DNA of 59,975 nucleotides, the filler included, from Sphacelaria rigidula (taxonomy: Eukaryota), in assembly GCA_964200075.2 (NCBI GenBank). It is 6 parts of 6 records of this genome, joined end to end, with 100 filler letters (N's around TTAATTAATTAA, not from the genome) between each part and the next. Parts side by side here need not be neighbours in the genome. Positions count along the whole stretch, not along the records: positions 20,027 to 29,939 come from CAXNAA020007501.1; positions 30,040 to 39,952 come from CAXNAA020007502.1; 4 more parts are not named here. One strand, given 5' to 3'. The position numbers and the translations under genes were made by a program. Below the pieces are notes generated by a model, which was not told where the DNA came from, made no database searches, and saw only the letters and a list, made by a program, of their open reading frames with translations. Of this stretch, positions 24,855 to 36,700 are shown in pieces (position 1 is the first letter of the stretch; each line of letters opens with the position of its first letter).

Positions 24855-25169
24855 ATCAACACTGCACGCCGTGCAATTCTGAATTCCAATAACCAAAATT
24901 TGGGGATCCTATGTGGGAATAACATCTGGGTGGCGTACGTGATCCGTTCGGATCACCTGCATTCCCCCACATGAATTTTCCACCTAGGACCCCAAAGTTT
25001 TGGTTCTCCGAATCCAAATTCGTTTTGCGTATAGTTGTTGCCAATTGCTGTCAGTAGGTGAACGAATGCAACAATATGTCGAAATATTGTTGTGGAAACC
25101 AAGACTTTGACTTCCCGTGTTGTCATCCTCATTGAGAACCTCCATCCCCATCTTTAATGATCGGCTGTT
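24855..25169. mobile_element. Degenerate copy of the 10829-11255 hairpin MITE
   Basis: GAATTCCAAT.ACC.AAAT...AATCCAAATTCGT...TAGTTG core is shared. Right end CCCCATCTTTAATGATCGGCTGTT. Confidence 0.7.
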
Positions 25170-25570
25170 GTCGGTGTCACCAACGATGCCTGGCGGTTCG
25201 CCCGCTGTGCAGAACAAAAGTGGACACTGCCTAATGACTGGAGTTGATGCGCGTGCGATGGCTGGATCGTACAGTAGTCCAAAACGTTAAGTGCAAGACC
25301 ATGGCTTCCACCTGATTTGTATTTTCTGAATCTTTTGGCGGATATCAATGCTTGCCTTTACGTTCAACCAGCGATTCGCCCAAGGGCGTCGCCGGACTAC
25401 TCACTGTGTTCATGTGCACCCAAGGGCAACACCAAGCACAACACACCTTTCCTATCAACACGAGGCACGGGCTATGAGTACCTAGCGGAGGAGACAACCA
25501 CCACGGTTGCATATACACCTGTGCAACCTATCTAGACGATATATGTCTACAACTTTTGTTACAGTTTAGA

Positions 25571-27240
25571 TCAAAGCGCGAATTTATCGCCATGGTCTTT
25601 GCCCGCTTTCGATGCCGAATGCTCTCCCTCCGACCCGCGGCACTCGAAATCTAAATCTCCAACCCAGATCCCCGTAAAGTACTTCGACGCGCCCTCTGAG
25701 GGTTCATCTCGTCCGCCGTCGCTACAATCGCAACTGGTAGGATCTGTTCCCGGATCCGATCCCGATCCCTCTATCATCGTCCCGCCGTCGCGCCAGAACG
25801 ATTCCCTACCATGAGTAATATCAACATCTACTCCCGGCGCCTTTCTCGCTCCATTCGCCTCGCCCCTTCCACGCAACGCCGCTGACCCATCCCTTCCATG
25901 GCTCGCCGCGGACCGACCCACTCTATGGCTCGCCGTTGACCCGCCCCTCCCACGGACCGCCATCGATCCGCTCCTCCCGTTATGACGTCGGCGGCGTGCA
26001 TCGATGTTTGCTCCGACGGTATCACCCGTGGAAGTCGCGTCGGTCGCTGGGGAAGGGAAAGGGAGTAACAAGCATTGGCCCCGGCAACCGCAGCTTAGCC
26101 TGCAGCTCCTCAAACACCTACATCCCTGGCACCGGTGACGTCCTCACGCCGCCCTTTCTGGCTTGCAGGCATATCTGAGGGCTCGCACGGTCCCTGATGT
26201 ATCAACGTGCGTGTGTCTTGACAAGTACACCGCTGTGTTGTCCCGTGTAAGCTCCACCGTCCCTCTGCTTGCCTACTTCGCCCCACCCGGGTGTTGAGTC
26301 TATTTGTTCGGTTCAAGGTTCCATCCGCGCCCATTGAAGTTCACGGCGGGCATGCTGTCCCCCACCCCCCCCCCCCCAATATTCGAACACTGCGTCGGAT
26401 TTCACCACGTGCTTCCTACATGCGTCCAAGTCCGGGCAGCAGCGAGAAGGGAGATGACCATGTACTGCGGTGGTACACAGGCGAATCTTGTTCACGAATG
26501 ACTCCAAATCCTACCCAGTCGTGAAGAGAAGTCTAGGATCCGCGGCGATTTGCGAAAAAGCGTTTCCGTAGAATAAAACCGTGGCAAGCAGCTTTACTCC
26601 CTCGACGGCATTCACCCTTGGCCTACCCCCTTCGATCATCTCTGTTGCTTCAGTAGATAATTTGTTGTTCTCAAGGCCTTCAGCACGAAGTCCCGCATGT
26701 TGAGGATTGGAATCCCGGATACATGTGGCAGGAAACCACAGCCAGCCGATAGGTAGGTGAAAACGAACAGTGCCACCTTGACAGGATGCGTCAGCCAATG
26801 ATACTGTCCGTCGGGAGTTCAACCACTCTCACTCCCGTCCCTCAGAGTCACGATCGCGATGTACACCCTTTTCACCAGTATTTATCGGGGGGGGCGTTCA
26901 CAATGCGTTTGCCTGTTACTTGGATCGCGTTGGAGACCTGCGGCTCCATATACAATCCAGGACATGGCTAAGAGTGCAAGCATCCAGTGATCAGTATCGA
27001 TGGAAGCGACTAGCCATTTCTTCCAGTGCTTCCTGAACAAGGTTCCGGGGTGGATGATGAAGTGGACTGCGGACATCTCTCCCTCACCTATACCAGCTCC
27101 AACTGCGCTATGAATACGCCGGTCAGGCCCACTACCATGACGGCACCATTCCAGATGGAGTTGCGAGTCATGAGTAGCACGATACCCCGCGTATCTTGCA
27201 GATGTACTTCTGCTCCCGCCGCTGTGCCAACCCCCTCGTA
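25571..27240 (-). pseudogene. Decayed XPG/FEN-like nuclease plus Cys-rich finger ORF, resembling an AcademX transposase C-terminus
   Basis: Across frameshifts: GIGEGEMSAVH (GEGE at 27077-27088), VASIDTDHW (DTD at 26990-26998), TYLSAGCGFLPHVSGI (26726-26743, D>G), CPDLDACRKHVVKSDAVFEYW, NGRGW, then AC...*GRHRCQGCRCLRSCRLSCGCRGQC (about 26072-26175). Confidence 0.7.
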
Positions 27241-27281
27241 GGCTGCACACGTGGACATATAGTACCCTGTGGGGCACGTCT

Positions 27282-27450
27282 ACAGGGTTAGAGAAACTGT
27301 GCAGTGTTTCTCGCGGGAATTTGGCTGTAGGGTGTTTTTTTGCGCCACACAGGACGCTTCACAGGGTTTCAGGGAAACTATGCAGTGTTTCTCGCGGGGA
27401 TTTGGCGGTAGGGTATTACTTTGCGCCACACAGTACGCTGCACAGGGTTT
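27282..27450. repeat. Tandem duplication, 2 copies of about 82 bp
   Basis: ACAGGGTT...GAAACT.TGCAGTGTTTCTCGCGGG...GCGCCACACAG occurs twice. Confidence 0.85.
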
Positions 27451-28160
27451 CGTCACTTCGTGTAGTGCTCATTGCTGTTAATATGCTGTATAGTACTTTT
27501 GCGCACATACAATATGCTCGACCTCGCAGCGCGGGCACAGTACTGGCGGGAAAAAACGGTCCAGTTGTGACATGAGTGGGTATCGAACTCGTACTTTGAC
27601 AGTCGGTAGAAAAACGCGCTGAGCATTGAACCACCTATGATTTGTTGTTGACTTAGGGATTATTTTTGTGTTTACATGGGATATATCAAGCAATAATCTC
27701 AGAAACGAAAACATGAACACCCTTATTTTGTACTATGCAAATGGTTGCCTGTTGGCAACTTTGGGGGGAAAGGACTCTCAAGGGTGTAAATTCACCGCTG
27801 CAGTTTGACCTGTGGGACCGCAGCAATTTAAAACTTTAAAGCACTTGTATATTATAGAGTATAGACCATGATCCGAGATCCATTCAAATAACCCATAACA
27901 ACACTGATATTCCCAGCTATACCGCACAACCCTATACTGTCGGTAGCGAAGAGCACGATTTGGGCACAGGGATATAGATACGCGCTGCCGTGGTTGGGTA
28001 TGATGTATTTCTTGTTGATGCATGGAAACTTGAGCATCGTCTTTTATGGTCGCACGGCACCGCACGGCGACGGATCGGACCATATGCACGTGGGGTGTAT
28101 ATAGCATGTACTCACCGCATAGCTGATGCATATATGGGCGCAGGCATCAGTACTAGGCTG

Positions 28161-29456
28161 CAAGGTTGTGTTCTGTAAGGTACGGGTACGTTCTGTAGGG
28201 TATGAGATTTCATGCAGAGTTTACAGAACTGTCGGGTACCGGTATGGAAATCTCACAGAGTTTACAGAACTGTCGGGTACCGGTATGAAAGTGTTACAGA
28301 CTTTACAGAACTTGTCGGGTACGGTACGGCAGGCTCACAGAGAACCGGTACCGGCAGTCGGGTAACTCTTTTCGGGTATACCCGCCCCTCGGGTTCGGGT
28401 AAATGTTATGTACAGAACTTACAGAACTGTTGGGTACCGGTATGAAAGTGTGACAGACTTTACAGTACTTGTCGGGTACGATATGGGGGGCTTACAGAGA
28501 ACCGGTACCGGCAATCGGGTAACTCTTTTCGGGTATACCCGCCCTTCGGGTTCAGGGAAATGTATTCTACAGAACGTATAGAACTATCGGGTAAGGGCAT
28601 GAAAGTCTTACAAAGATTACAGAATTGCCGGGTACCGGTATGAAAGTCTTACAGAAGTCAGAGAACTGTCGGGTACGGTAAAAATACCCCGGGTATACAG
28701 CAAACCGTACGTTACTGAACACAACCTTGGATGTTTTGGTTGGGGTGCTGAAATGAATGAGAGGGCAGGGTGTGGTGGTAGAAGCTATGAGGTACATGTT
28801 CGGGCCATTAGGTTATGTTTTGATTGAACCTATATCCACACTTCCAGAGGGTATATAACTGTGCTCGTACCTGCTACGGGGTATATCTGGAAGGGTATAC
28901 CCTAACCGCGGGTAAGGATATAGAAAGCTTACAGAACTTACAGAACTGTCGGGTACCAGTATGGAAATCTCACAGAGTTTACAGAACTGTCGGGTACCGG
29001 TATGAAAGTGTTACAGAGTTTACAGAACTTGTCGGGTACGGTACGGAAGGCTTACAGAGAACCGGTACCGGCAGTCGGGTAACTCTTCCCGGGTATACCC
29101 GCCCCTCGGGTTCGGGTAAATGTTATGTACAGAACTTACAGAACTGTCGGGTACCGGTATGAAAGTGTTACAGACTTTACAGTACTTGTCGGGTACGATA
29201 TGGGGGGCTTACAGAGAACCGGTACCGGCAATCGAGTAACTCTTTTCGGGTATACCCGCCCTTCATGTTCGGGTAAATGTATTCTGCAGAACTTACAGAA
29301 CTATCGGTTAAGGGCATGAAAATCTTACAAAGATTACAGAATTGCCGGATACCGGTATGAAAGTCTTACAGAATTCACAGAACTGTCGGGAACGGTACAT
29401 ACCCGGAAAAATACCCCGGGTATACAGCAAACCGTACGTTACAGAACACAACCTTG
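28161..29456. mobile_element. hAT-like non-autonomous element with internal tandem subrepeats and an internal duplication
   Basis: TIR CAAGGTTGTGTTCTGTAA / TTACAGAACACAACCTTG. 8-bp flanks CTAGGCTG / CAAAGCTG match at 6 of 8. A second right end lies at 28729. Many ACAGAACTGTCGGGTACCGGTATG units. Confidence 0.8.
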
Positions 29457-29939
29457 CAAAGCTGCACGTTTTTCAAGTCCTTTTCACGTCGTAGTGTAGG
29501 TAGAGAGCAGATACAGTCCTGCGCTGTCTGTACTGTACTTTCCCCGCTTTTTTTTCACGCCCTGCTCACTGCGTGCTGCAGTTGCGTGCGCATATGTATG
29601 TACGCGTGCCCGTGTGCAAACTCAAAAGTCACTCCTCACGGTATACAACACCCCCATACATCAAAGCTGCAGCATATATCCTCATTGCATAGCCATACGT
29701 AGCGCATATGCCGCGCTCACTCTACAGTATATAGCACCTGACTTATAAGCACGGTATTGCACTGTCCTGCATGATATTACGCATGTACAGTCCAGCATAC
29801 AGTTTATTGTTGTAATTACATAGACCACGCGGCTGAACCTTCTGCTGGGGGGTCAGTGAAAGTGCGACAGTCAATTAGTCTATAAACCAAGTATCCCCAT
29901 CAAAGTACATACATATAACAGGGTTGCCAGAAAAATGAG

Positions 29940-30039
29940 NNNNNNNNNNNNNNNNNNNNNNNNNNNNNNNNNNNNNNNNNNNNTTAATTAATTAANNNNN
30001 NNNNNNNNNNNNNNNNNNNNNNNNNNNNNNNNNNNNNNN
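29940..30039. other. Artificial contig linker
   Basis: 100-bp N/TTAATTAATTAA/N. Confidence 0.98.
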
Positions 30040-31986
30040 GCGACTCCCAAGCCTTTTGAACAAAGTAAATGAATTTTCGATGGTCCGTTAAACCTCAATA
30101 AAATGTTGAACCTCAAAAACGAATCCAGGCTGTTATCAGGTGATACTGGACAGTTTGTTGCCTATATCAGGTGATCTACAGTGTATATATGACTGCATTA
30201 CGTGATGTATGTAAGATATCGGCTTTTATCGGTGCAATATGCTATACAGTGCGCGATAACTAGGACCGCCTTCTTTACACAAAAGGGGACGCACACGTCT
30301 GCCAGATTTTTATTACTGAGGTGAAGTTTTGACGCGATGAGCGACGCTCAGGCACCTTCATCCCCGGCTACAGGCGAGTCTCAGCAGCAGTTGCCTTCGA
30401 CTGCGCTCACCCCCAACACCGCCCCCAGGCCGTCTTCGACCATTGCCAAAACCGCAAGGATTGGCACGTGCTTCTCTTAACGAGTGGGGGGCGGAAGGCA
30501 GCTAGCGGATGGCGTGAAATTTATTTTCTCGGGGTTTCGGAGTAGTGCAACTCGGTGCCAGGTGAATCGAGCTTCCAGTGTTTTCCCCCTTGCATCTGAA
30601 CTTTCGATGTTTTGATTGACTGCAGTTTTTCTTGCTTTGGCTTGATTTTTCGGTCGGGGTTCGTCCGGTTGCAGTCGGCTAAAGGAGCATTGTATCATAA
30701 TAGCCGCCTGACATATGATCTGCCCTGAAGGTCGGAGGTCGGAGGGATCACGTGTGGGGCGCCAGCAATAATAAAAAAGGAACATGAATATTCTTATGAT
30801 ACATGCCATTGTCGTTACTGATCGCAATGCTACTACTGTCTGCACGTCTGCACGTCTGCACTTCACTGTAAATATAACCTCGGAGCAGGTGCTTTTGGTG
30901 GAGTCACCAATACATTTGCCACGCTGGGCACAGTTCCCAACCAACGGCAGGTACTGATGTGGCACGGCGACAGGTACATATATGCGAGAGTATCACTGGT
31001 AAACGCGACATATATTATATATGCAGGGGCTATATATGTAATGCACCACATTATTATGTTCAATATAGTTTTAATAGCAGGTTATTTCATCATCATCATA
31101 TAGGTCAGATGCCAGGTGATACACGTCACATAGCCAGAAATCACGTGGTATATAGTATATAGTATGTATAGTATATATACCCCTATATGTCATATACCCT
31201 AAATATATCAGATTCATAACGGTATATGGGGAAATGGAGGGTATATGAACAGGACTACAAATATATCAACGTTTATGACATATCACCTTTTTCGGGAGGG
31301 GTATATACAGATACACTATTTCTCGAAAAGTTGATATGATACCAGGCTCTAGTGTGAGATATTTGATTTGGTCATTCTCATACCTACGGGTATTGGCCAA
31401 CTATATCGGGCTACTAGGAAGAGCGTCATTTTCTGAGGAACATTCTCCACGGTACGCAGGCATACACCTGCATGTGTTGTAGGAAGGGATATGTTTCGAG
31501 CTAGGGGAGCTGTTTACGGTACCCAACGCTCGCACTCCTATTCTCTCCTGTACTACCTGATATGCTACCCATCTCTCTTCTAGAAAGACGACCTTCAAGC
31601 GTTTGCGGGTGCGTTTCATAATATATCTGTGTGTTGTTAGGATCTCTATATGACTCGATCCGCTTACTAATAACCGCGGGCTAGTCAACCCGAACCGTCT
31701 TTCCAGGCCTGTCACCCTGGGGCCGTCATCCTCCAATCCCCAGTCTGGGATCGTCATTCTCCCGTCTCGAAGGCTCCCCGTGGAGGCCCCCTACCAAGGC
31801 ACTCTGTGTCTCCACCCAAACCCTGTCTTGCAACGTCCGTTCAGTCCGAGTCCACGTCTTGGTTCAGTACACTCCGTATCCTTTCACCGAGTGAGGAGCT
31901 ACGACCTGCATACACCCACTGTCCGGGTAGGATAAGTCACACCCGCTGTACGCGACTGTGTCTTATATTGGCGTCTGACGGTAGCT

Positions 31987-32804
31987 ATGTCAAACCCTCA
32001 CTCCATTGCCGCTCTACTCAACCACGGTCTGGACTACGAGCCAGCTGACCCTGCTGACACCATGCCCGATACCGACACTGAACAGTCCAAGGGTCCCACT
32101 CCAACGGAAACCGTAGAAGAACACATTCCGCTCGCCGCCGCCGCGGTAGCGGCAGCAGCTGAAGCAGCTGCTAACGCGTCTCCCCAAACTGCAGCCATGG
32201 CAGCCATGGCAGCAGCAGCAGCGGCCGCGACAGCAGCGGCGTCTCCACCGACCCCCTCTGCCACCACGTCACCGGTCTAATCTCAGACCCTTCCGTCGCC
32301 TCCGTCCGCCACCACGTTATAATTACTCCGTGCTTCTTCGTCTACCACTTCAGCTTCGTCTTCGGATGCATCCAGCGGAGAGATGGCGGCTATGTGGCGC
32401 ACGGTACAACTGGAGTTTGACCGCCAACTCGGGACAAAATCCTGAGGTATCTCCGCATGTCCGTCAAGTAGCGTCTGACTTGGCCGTAATGTCCCTTACT
32501 ATGGCTCGTAGCGGCGGTAGCTCGGTTGACGCGCTAGCAAATCGGTTGGTTGTCCACGGTAATGTCGGATCAGTCTCAGAAGGTTTGTCAAATTACACCG
32601 GCTGATCTTGAATACTGCCCGCGTATCACCGACGCTACAACCAGCACTGATCTCCCCGAGGTATTGAGCAAATATCGTATAAAGGTTGGCTTCAAGATTA
32701 AATCTGTGCGACCTAATGCCCATTTTTACGGCGATGTGTTGGCGTACGAACATCTCTCTCTCTTATCCTTGATGGAGGTAGTCTTCTCGCATACCATCAA
32801 CTGA
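31987..32804 (+). pseudogene. Interrupted Ala-rich ORF, possibly a retroelement gag remnant
   Basis: Three successive broken frames, poly-Ala/Pro N-terminus, no introns and no diagnostic motif. Confidence 0.3.
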
Positions 32805-33744
32805 TGGAAGGTCAAATAGATTGGGAATCCGACCGTGTCACGCCAGACGACGTACGTTCGAAAGGTTCATTCAGGTCCACACGCACGTGAGACCAGTCAG
32901 CGTCAGCATTTTTAGATTTGCTAGTAACAGGGGATTCTATAAAATGAAGTTCATCAATGAAATGAGGTTTGAAGACCCTAGCCGTTGAATATCAAAAAGC
33001 CCTCAAGAGTACCGCACGACGCTGCTGATGTGTAATTTTGGGGAGGAGTAGGAAGTGCGTCCGTGGTTGCCCATGCCGCCCATCCCTGGTTAGCTGCGGG
33101 CGACGGACGGCGTCAAGCTTCACCATGGTCAGAAGAAAAAGCGGGAACCATGTCAACAATTTGTCTATGGGAGAGCGATTGTTTGTCCATGATCTTCTCA
33201 CTGTGGTGCCTCGAGCCCGTGTCCAGCAGAAAATGTACGGTGTCAAGCTGATCGTCACTGACGGGCATGAGGAGAGAAGTAGCTTTTCACTACCCCGGAG
33301 ACGAGCACATACCAAATCAGGATATAAAAATGGGATATCATGGAATATTGTGACAACGCGTTCTAGAGAAGGCAATGGTATCTAATAACCGTGCGGACTT
33401 CTCCAGGTTCGAGCATACATGCCGCTGCAATGGACCACTCGACACAACACCAGCCCTACGACGGGCGATAGTGTGGGAGGAACTCTTGGCAAAGAATAGA
33501 TCAACCTCGTCACGGGTGCATGGGCCCTTGATTATGCTGGTCGCACTCCAACAGATCACCTAGGGATCCACCCGGGCAGCCCGAGGCATCACTTGCTGAA
33601 TCACGACATCACGACGATAGTCGAAGCCCCCAATCTTCCGCGACTGATGCGATGAGGAATAGACAGGAAAGCTACGCATCAACCCCTGGCCCTCTTCTCC
33701 ATTGTATCCAATACTGGCTTGGGAATATTGTCACCAACGTTCAG

Positions 33745-36700
33745 CTACTCGCACGAAGCGACAACCAGCTCTGCTTGCATCCACTCTACGTCCGGCACTA
33801 ACTTTCGCCTCTTGCTCTTACTGCCCATTGTACACCCTTCACTGTTTCCCACTGTCTTGTAATCTGCCGTGATTTTTCCTTTGCCGTATTCGCCGATGTT
33901 ATAGGCAGAAGCGTTGTTTCGAATGGCGGAGGTGGCCGGCGACCACCAGCGCACCTGAACTTCTCCTGCTTCGCCATCGGTCCCCTCGCGCTTGTCCGTA
34001 ACCCTACCCACCAAAAACGGAGCTTTGTCACCGAGAAAGAAAACAAAATGTCCCTTGTCGAACGAGGGAACATACCCTGCTGGATTGCCATCTCCGTCGC
34101 CCCCGCTACCTAGCACTAAGTTATCGACACCACCTTTTCCCGGATCCTCACCGATAGGCGCCTTCCGCCCCCCCACAGACCCCTCGACTACATCAACATC
34201 CCCATCTGCCCCCGCTCTCTCTTCCCGTGACCCTCCAGATGACTGCAGGCCATCACGCTTAAACCAATGACACGGGAGGTTCCACGGTGCTGAGCCTTTC
34301 GCGGCCAGAAGTCGGTGGGACGTCGCCATGTCGTCCTTGATGGCCTGCTGTTGGTCGAAATCTACGCGTCGCACGGGAGGGTGGAGGCAGTGTATCTGAG
34401 GTATTCAGGGCTCGGATGCGCTCCTGCGGTGGGGAAAATGATATTAGAAATAAGGGTGAGAAACTTGGACCCGCCGTCCCCAGCGAAAACAAAATAAATA
34501 GAGTACACAGCGATCAGGATACAGTGTCACCACTTGGGGTGCTTAGAGGTGCAACGCACCGAGGGGGTAGAGGGCAGCTAGCCGACTGTGGACGGCGTTG
34601 TAGCGAGCCAGTATGTTATCTCGCTGTGCGGCATCCAACTCCTTCAGGTCGAATGGAGGTGCGCACTCCAGATCTGGAACACCCATGCGGAAGAGCGGGT
34701 GAGGGGCTCCCTCGTAGATCCCGGCGGCCGTCTTTCGCATGAAAACTGTAGGATGCATGTGCTTCTTCATGCCAACGGTCACCTGCTCCGTCCCCGCTGG
34801 GCGGATTTCGAATGAACGGGGCTGAGTCACGCCACGAATGGGCAGCACACGGCCACCTCCAGCGACAGCTCCTTTGAAGTTGCCGAGGGAGCGAAGAGTG
34901 GTGGTGAACACCTCCACTGCCTTGTATGCCTTGCGAAAAGCTTCCGCCTGCTGCCTTCTCGTCGATAGGCAAACTCCCTTGCAGTGAATGGAAATCCTGG
35001 TAAACAATTCCAACGCTTTTGTCGTCGGTTATTGCTACATATATCTAAATTTCTTCTCATCGCCACCTCGCTGTACGCCTAAAACATATCCCTGAATATG
35101 CCAGTACGAAATCAGGCCGGTTTGTTCGACCCGTGTTAATATGGTATTTTGGAGCGTAAGTACGTGTGCTGTGGGTTATCGTGGATTCAAATCCAGTCCA
35201 CCTACGGCGCTTCGAAATCGCATATATCTGGACACCGTGTCGCGTGGAATATCGCTACCGGAGGCGGTATTTCATCTGCTCTCAAGGTTTTGCCCACCGC
35301 GTCTGTGGAGGCAACGCATGACTTGTGCGACCCGTGTCAACAACGGCAGAGGTACTCGTGCAGTGAGAGATCTCGTCTGAAAAAAATACGACAACGTGAA
35401 CGACAAAAAAAATCCAAAATATGGCGGGAGTATTGAGTGATGGGTGCGGTTTCACGCCTCCAGTATCACAGTAGAAGGCGAACGATTTCGTTCATCCCTT
35501 CCAGTGCGGTGGGGATGGTGTCTCCTTGCCCCCCGTCGTATTCGCGGATAAATTACGATTTATTGACGTGGTCACAGGGAGGAGCAGCGGGGTCGCGGGT
35601 AGACGATGTAACCATCACCGGGTCTTGTGATGGGTGGGTCCGTTCGTGTACTGTATAAAATCAACGTCTTGGTTGGATTCACTACGGTTCGTATAAGGAA
35701 CGACCATTTTTTCCCGTGACACAAAGCTACATAATTTCCTCCACTCGTCACTGTTGTCTGCAATGATATCCCCGACGCACCTCGAAAAGACCTGGTCTAT
35801 CATGATGTGGGTATGTCCCATTATCATAAAATTAATCTCCACGCGGCCGATTGTCCCACGGGCCACAAGACATCCGAGGTATCACAGCACGACGTGATTC
35901 TTATTTTTGACCAACACAATTGTCGAGTTGCAGATACAGCTCATCGATGTAAGCTGGTGTGTCGCCGGTGTAGTGCAAGTCGAATAATCGGGTGAGCGCG
36001 AGGTGGATTGAAGTGCAAATAAGATTTCTCCCTGCACAGCGGCGAGCAACGACGGCGCCAGGGTGCGAATGTCAGTATTCTCGGGGGTTGTTGGCTACGA
36101 GGAATGCCGTAACAACTCACCCCGTACTCTCGGTCGGGATACGAAAAGGCCTCCCGAGCAGATTGCTTGGATAAGAAAGCAAGATGGCCGAGTGTCTTAG
36201 CCCCCCCGCGGTGCGCAACTCATCGCGGGCGGTGTCTGGCTCAAGAATGCCGTGAGTGCGTGCACATCGCGTGGGAGAGCAGGGACTCACCTCCGACTGT
36301 GAGGGGAGACAGGAAGAATTCCACGAACTGCCCTTCCACAAGTACTGCCATAACTTTTTCGCGCTCCGCTATCCCCTGCCAGACGTGGTGATCGCCAACA
36401 ACGACGAGCAGAAGTCATATGCACCACTGAAGCTACATCAATGGATATTCAGGGAATCAGTTACTCACGTACTTGTTATGGCGTCCCGGCTCATGACAGA
36501 AACCCTCGAAGGGCGATAAGTAACTCGATATATGCCTTGACACCTCCTGCGGTCTCGGAAGAGACATTTCTCCGAATACCGTCTTTGCAGCAAAACGATC
36601 GTGAGAAAACACATTGGAACATTCGTCACACTTCATACAGGATGTTTGCACCAAAACGCAGCATATTCCGGGCAGGATACTGTGTGGTGCCCTTGTATTT

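Noticed and set aside
36256-36519. Plus-strand ORFs within the Sola-like locus (also 37164-37364 and 38394-38768)
   Set aside because: Short frames antisense to identified exons and introns, with no motifs
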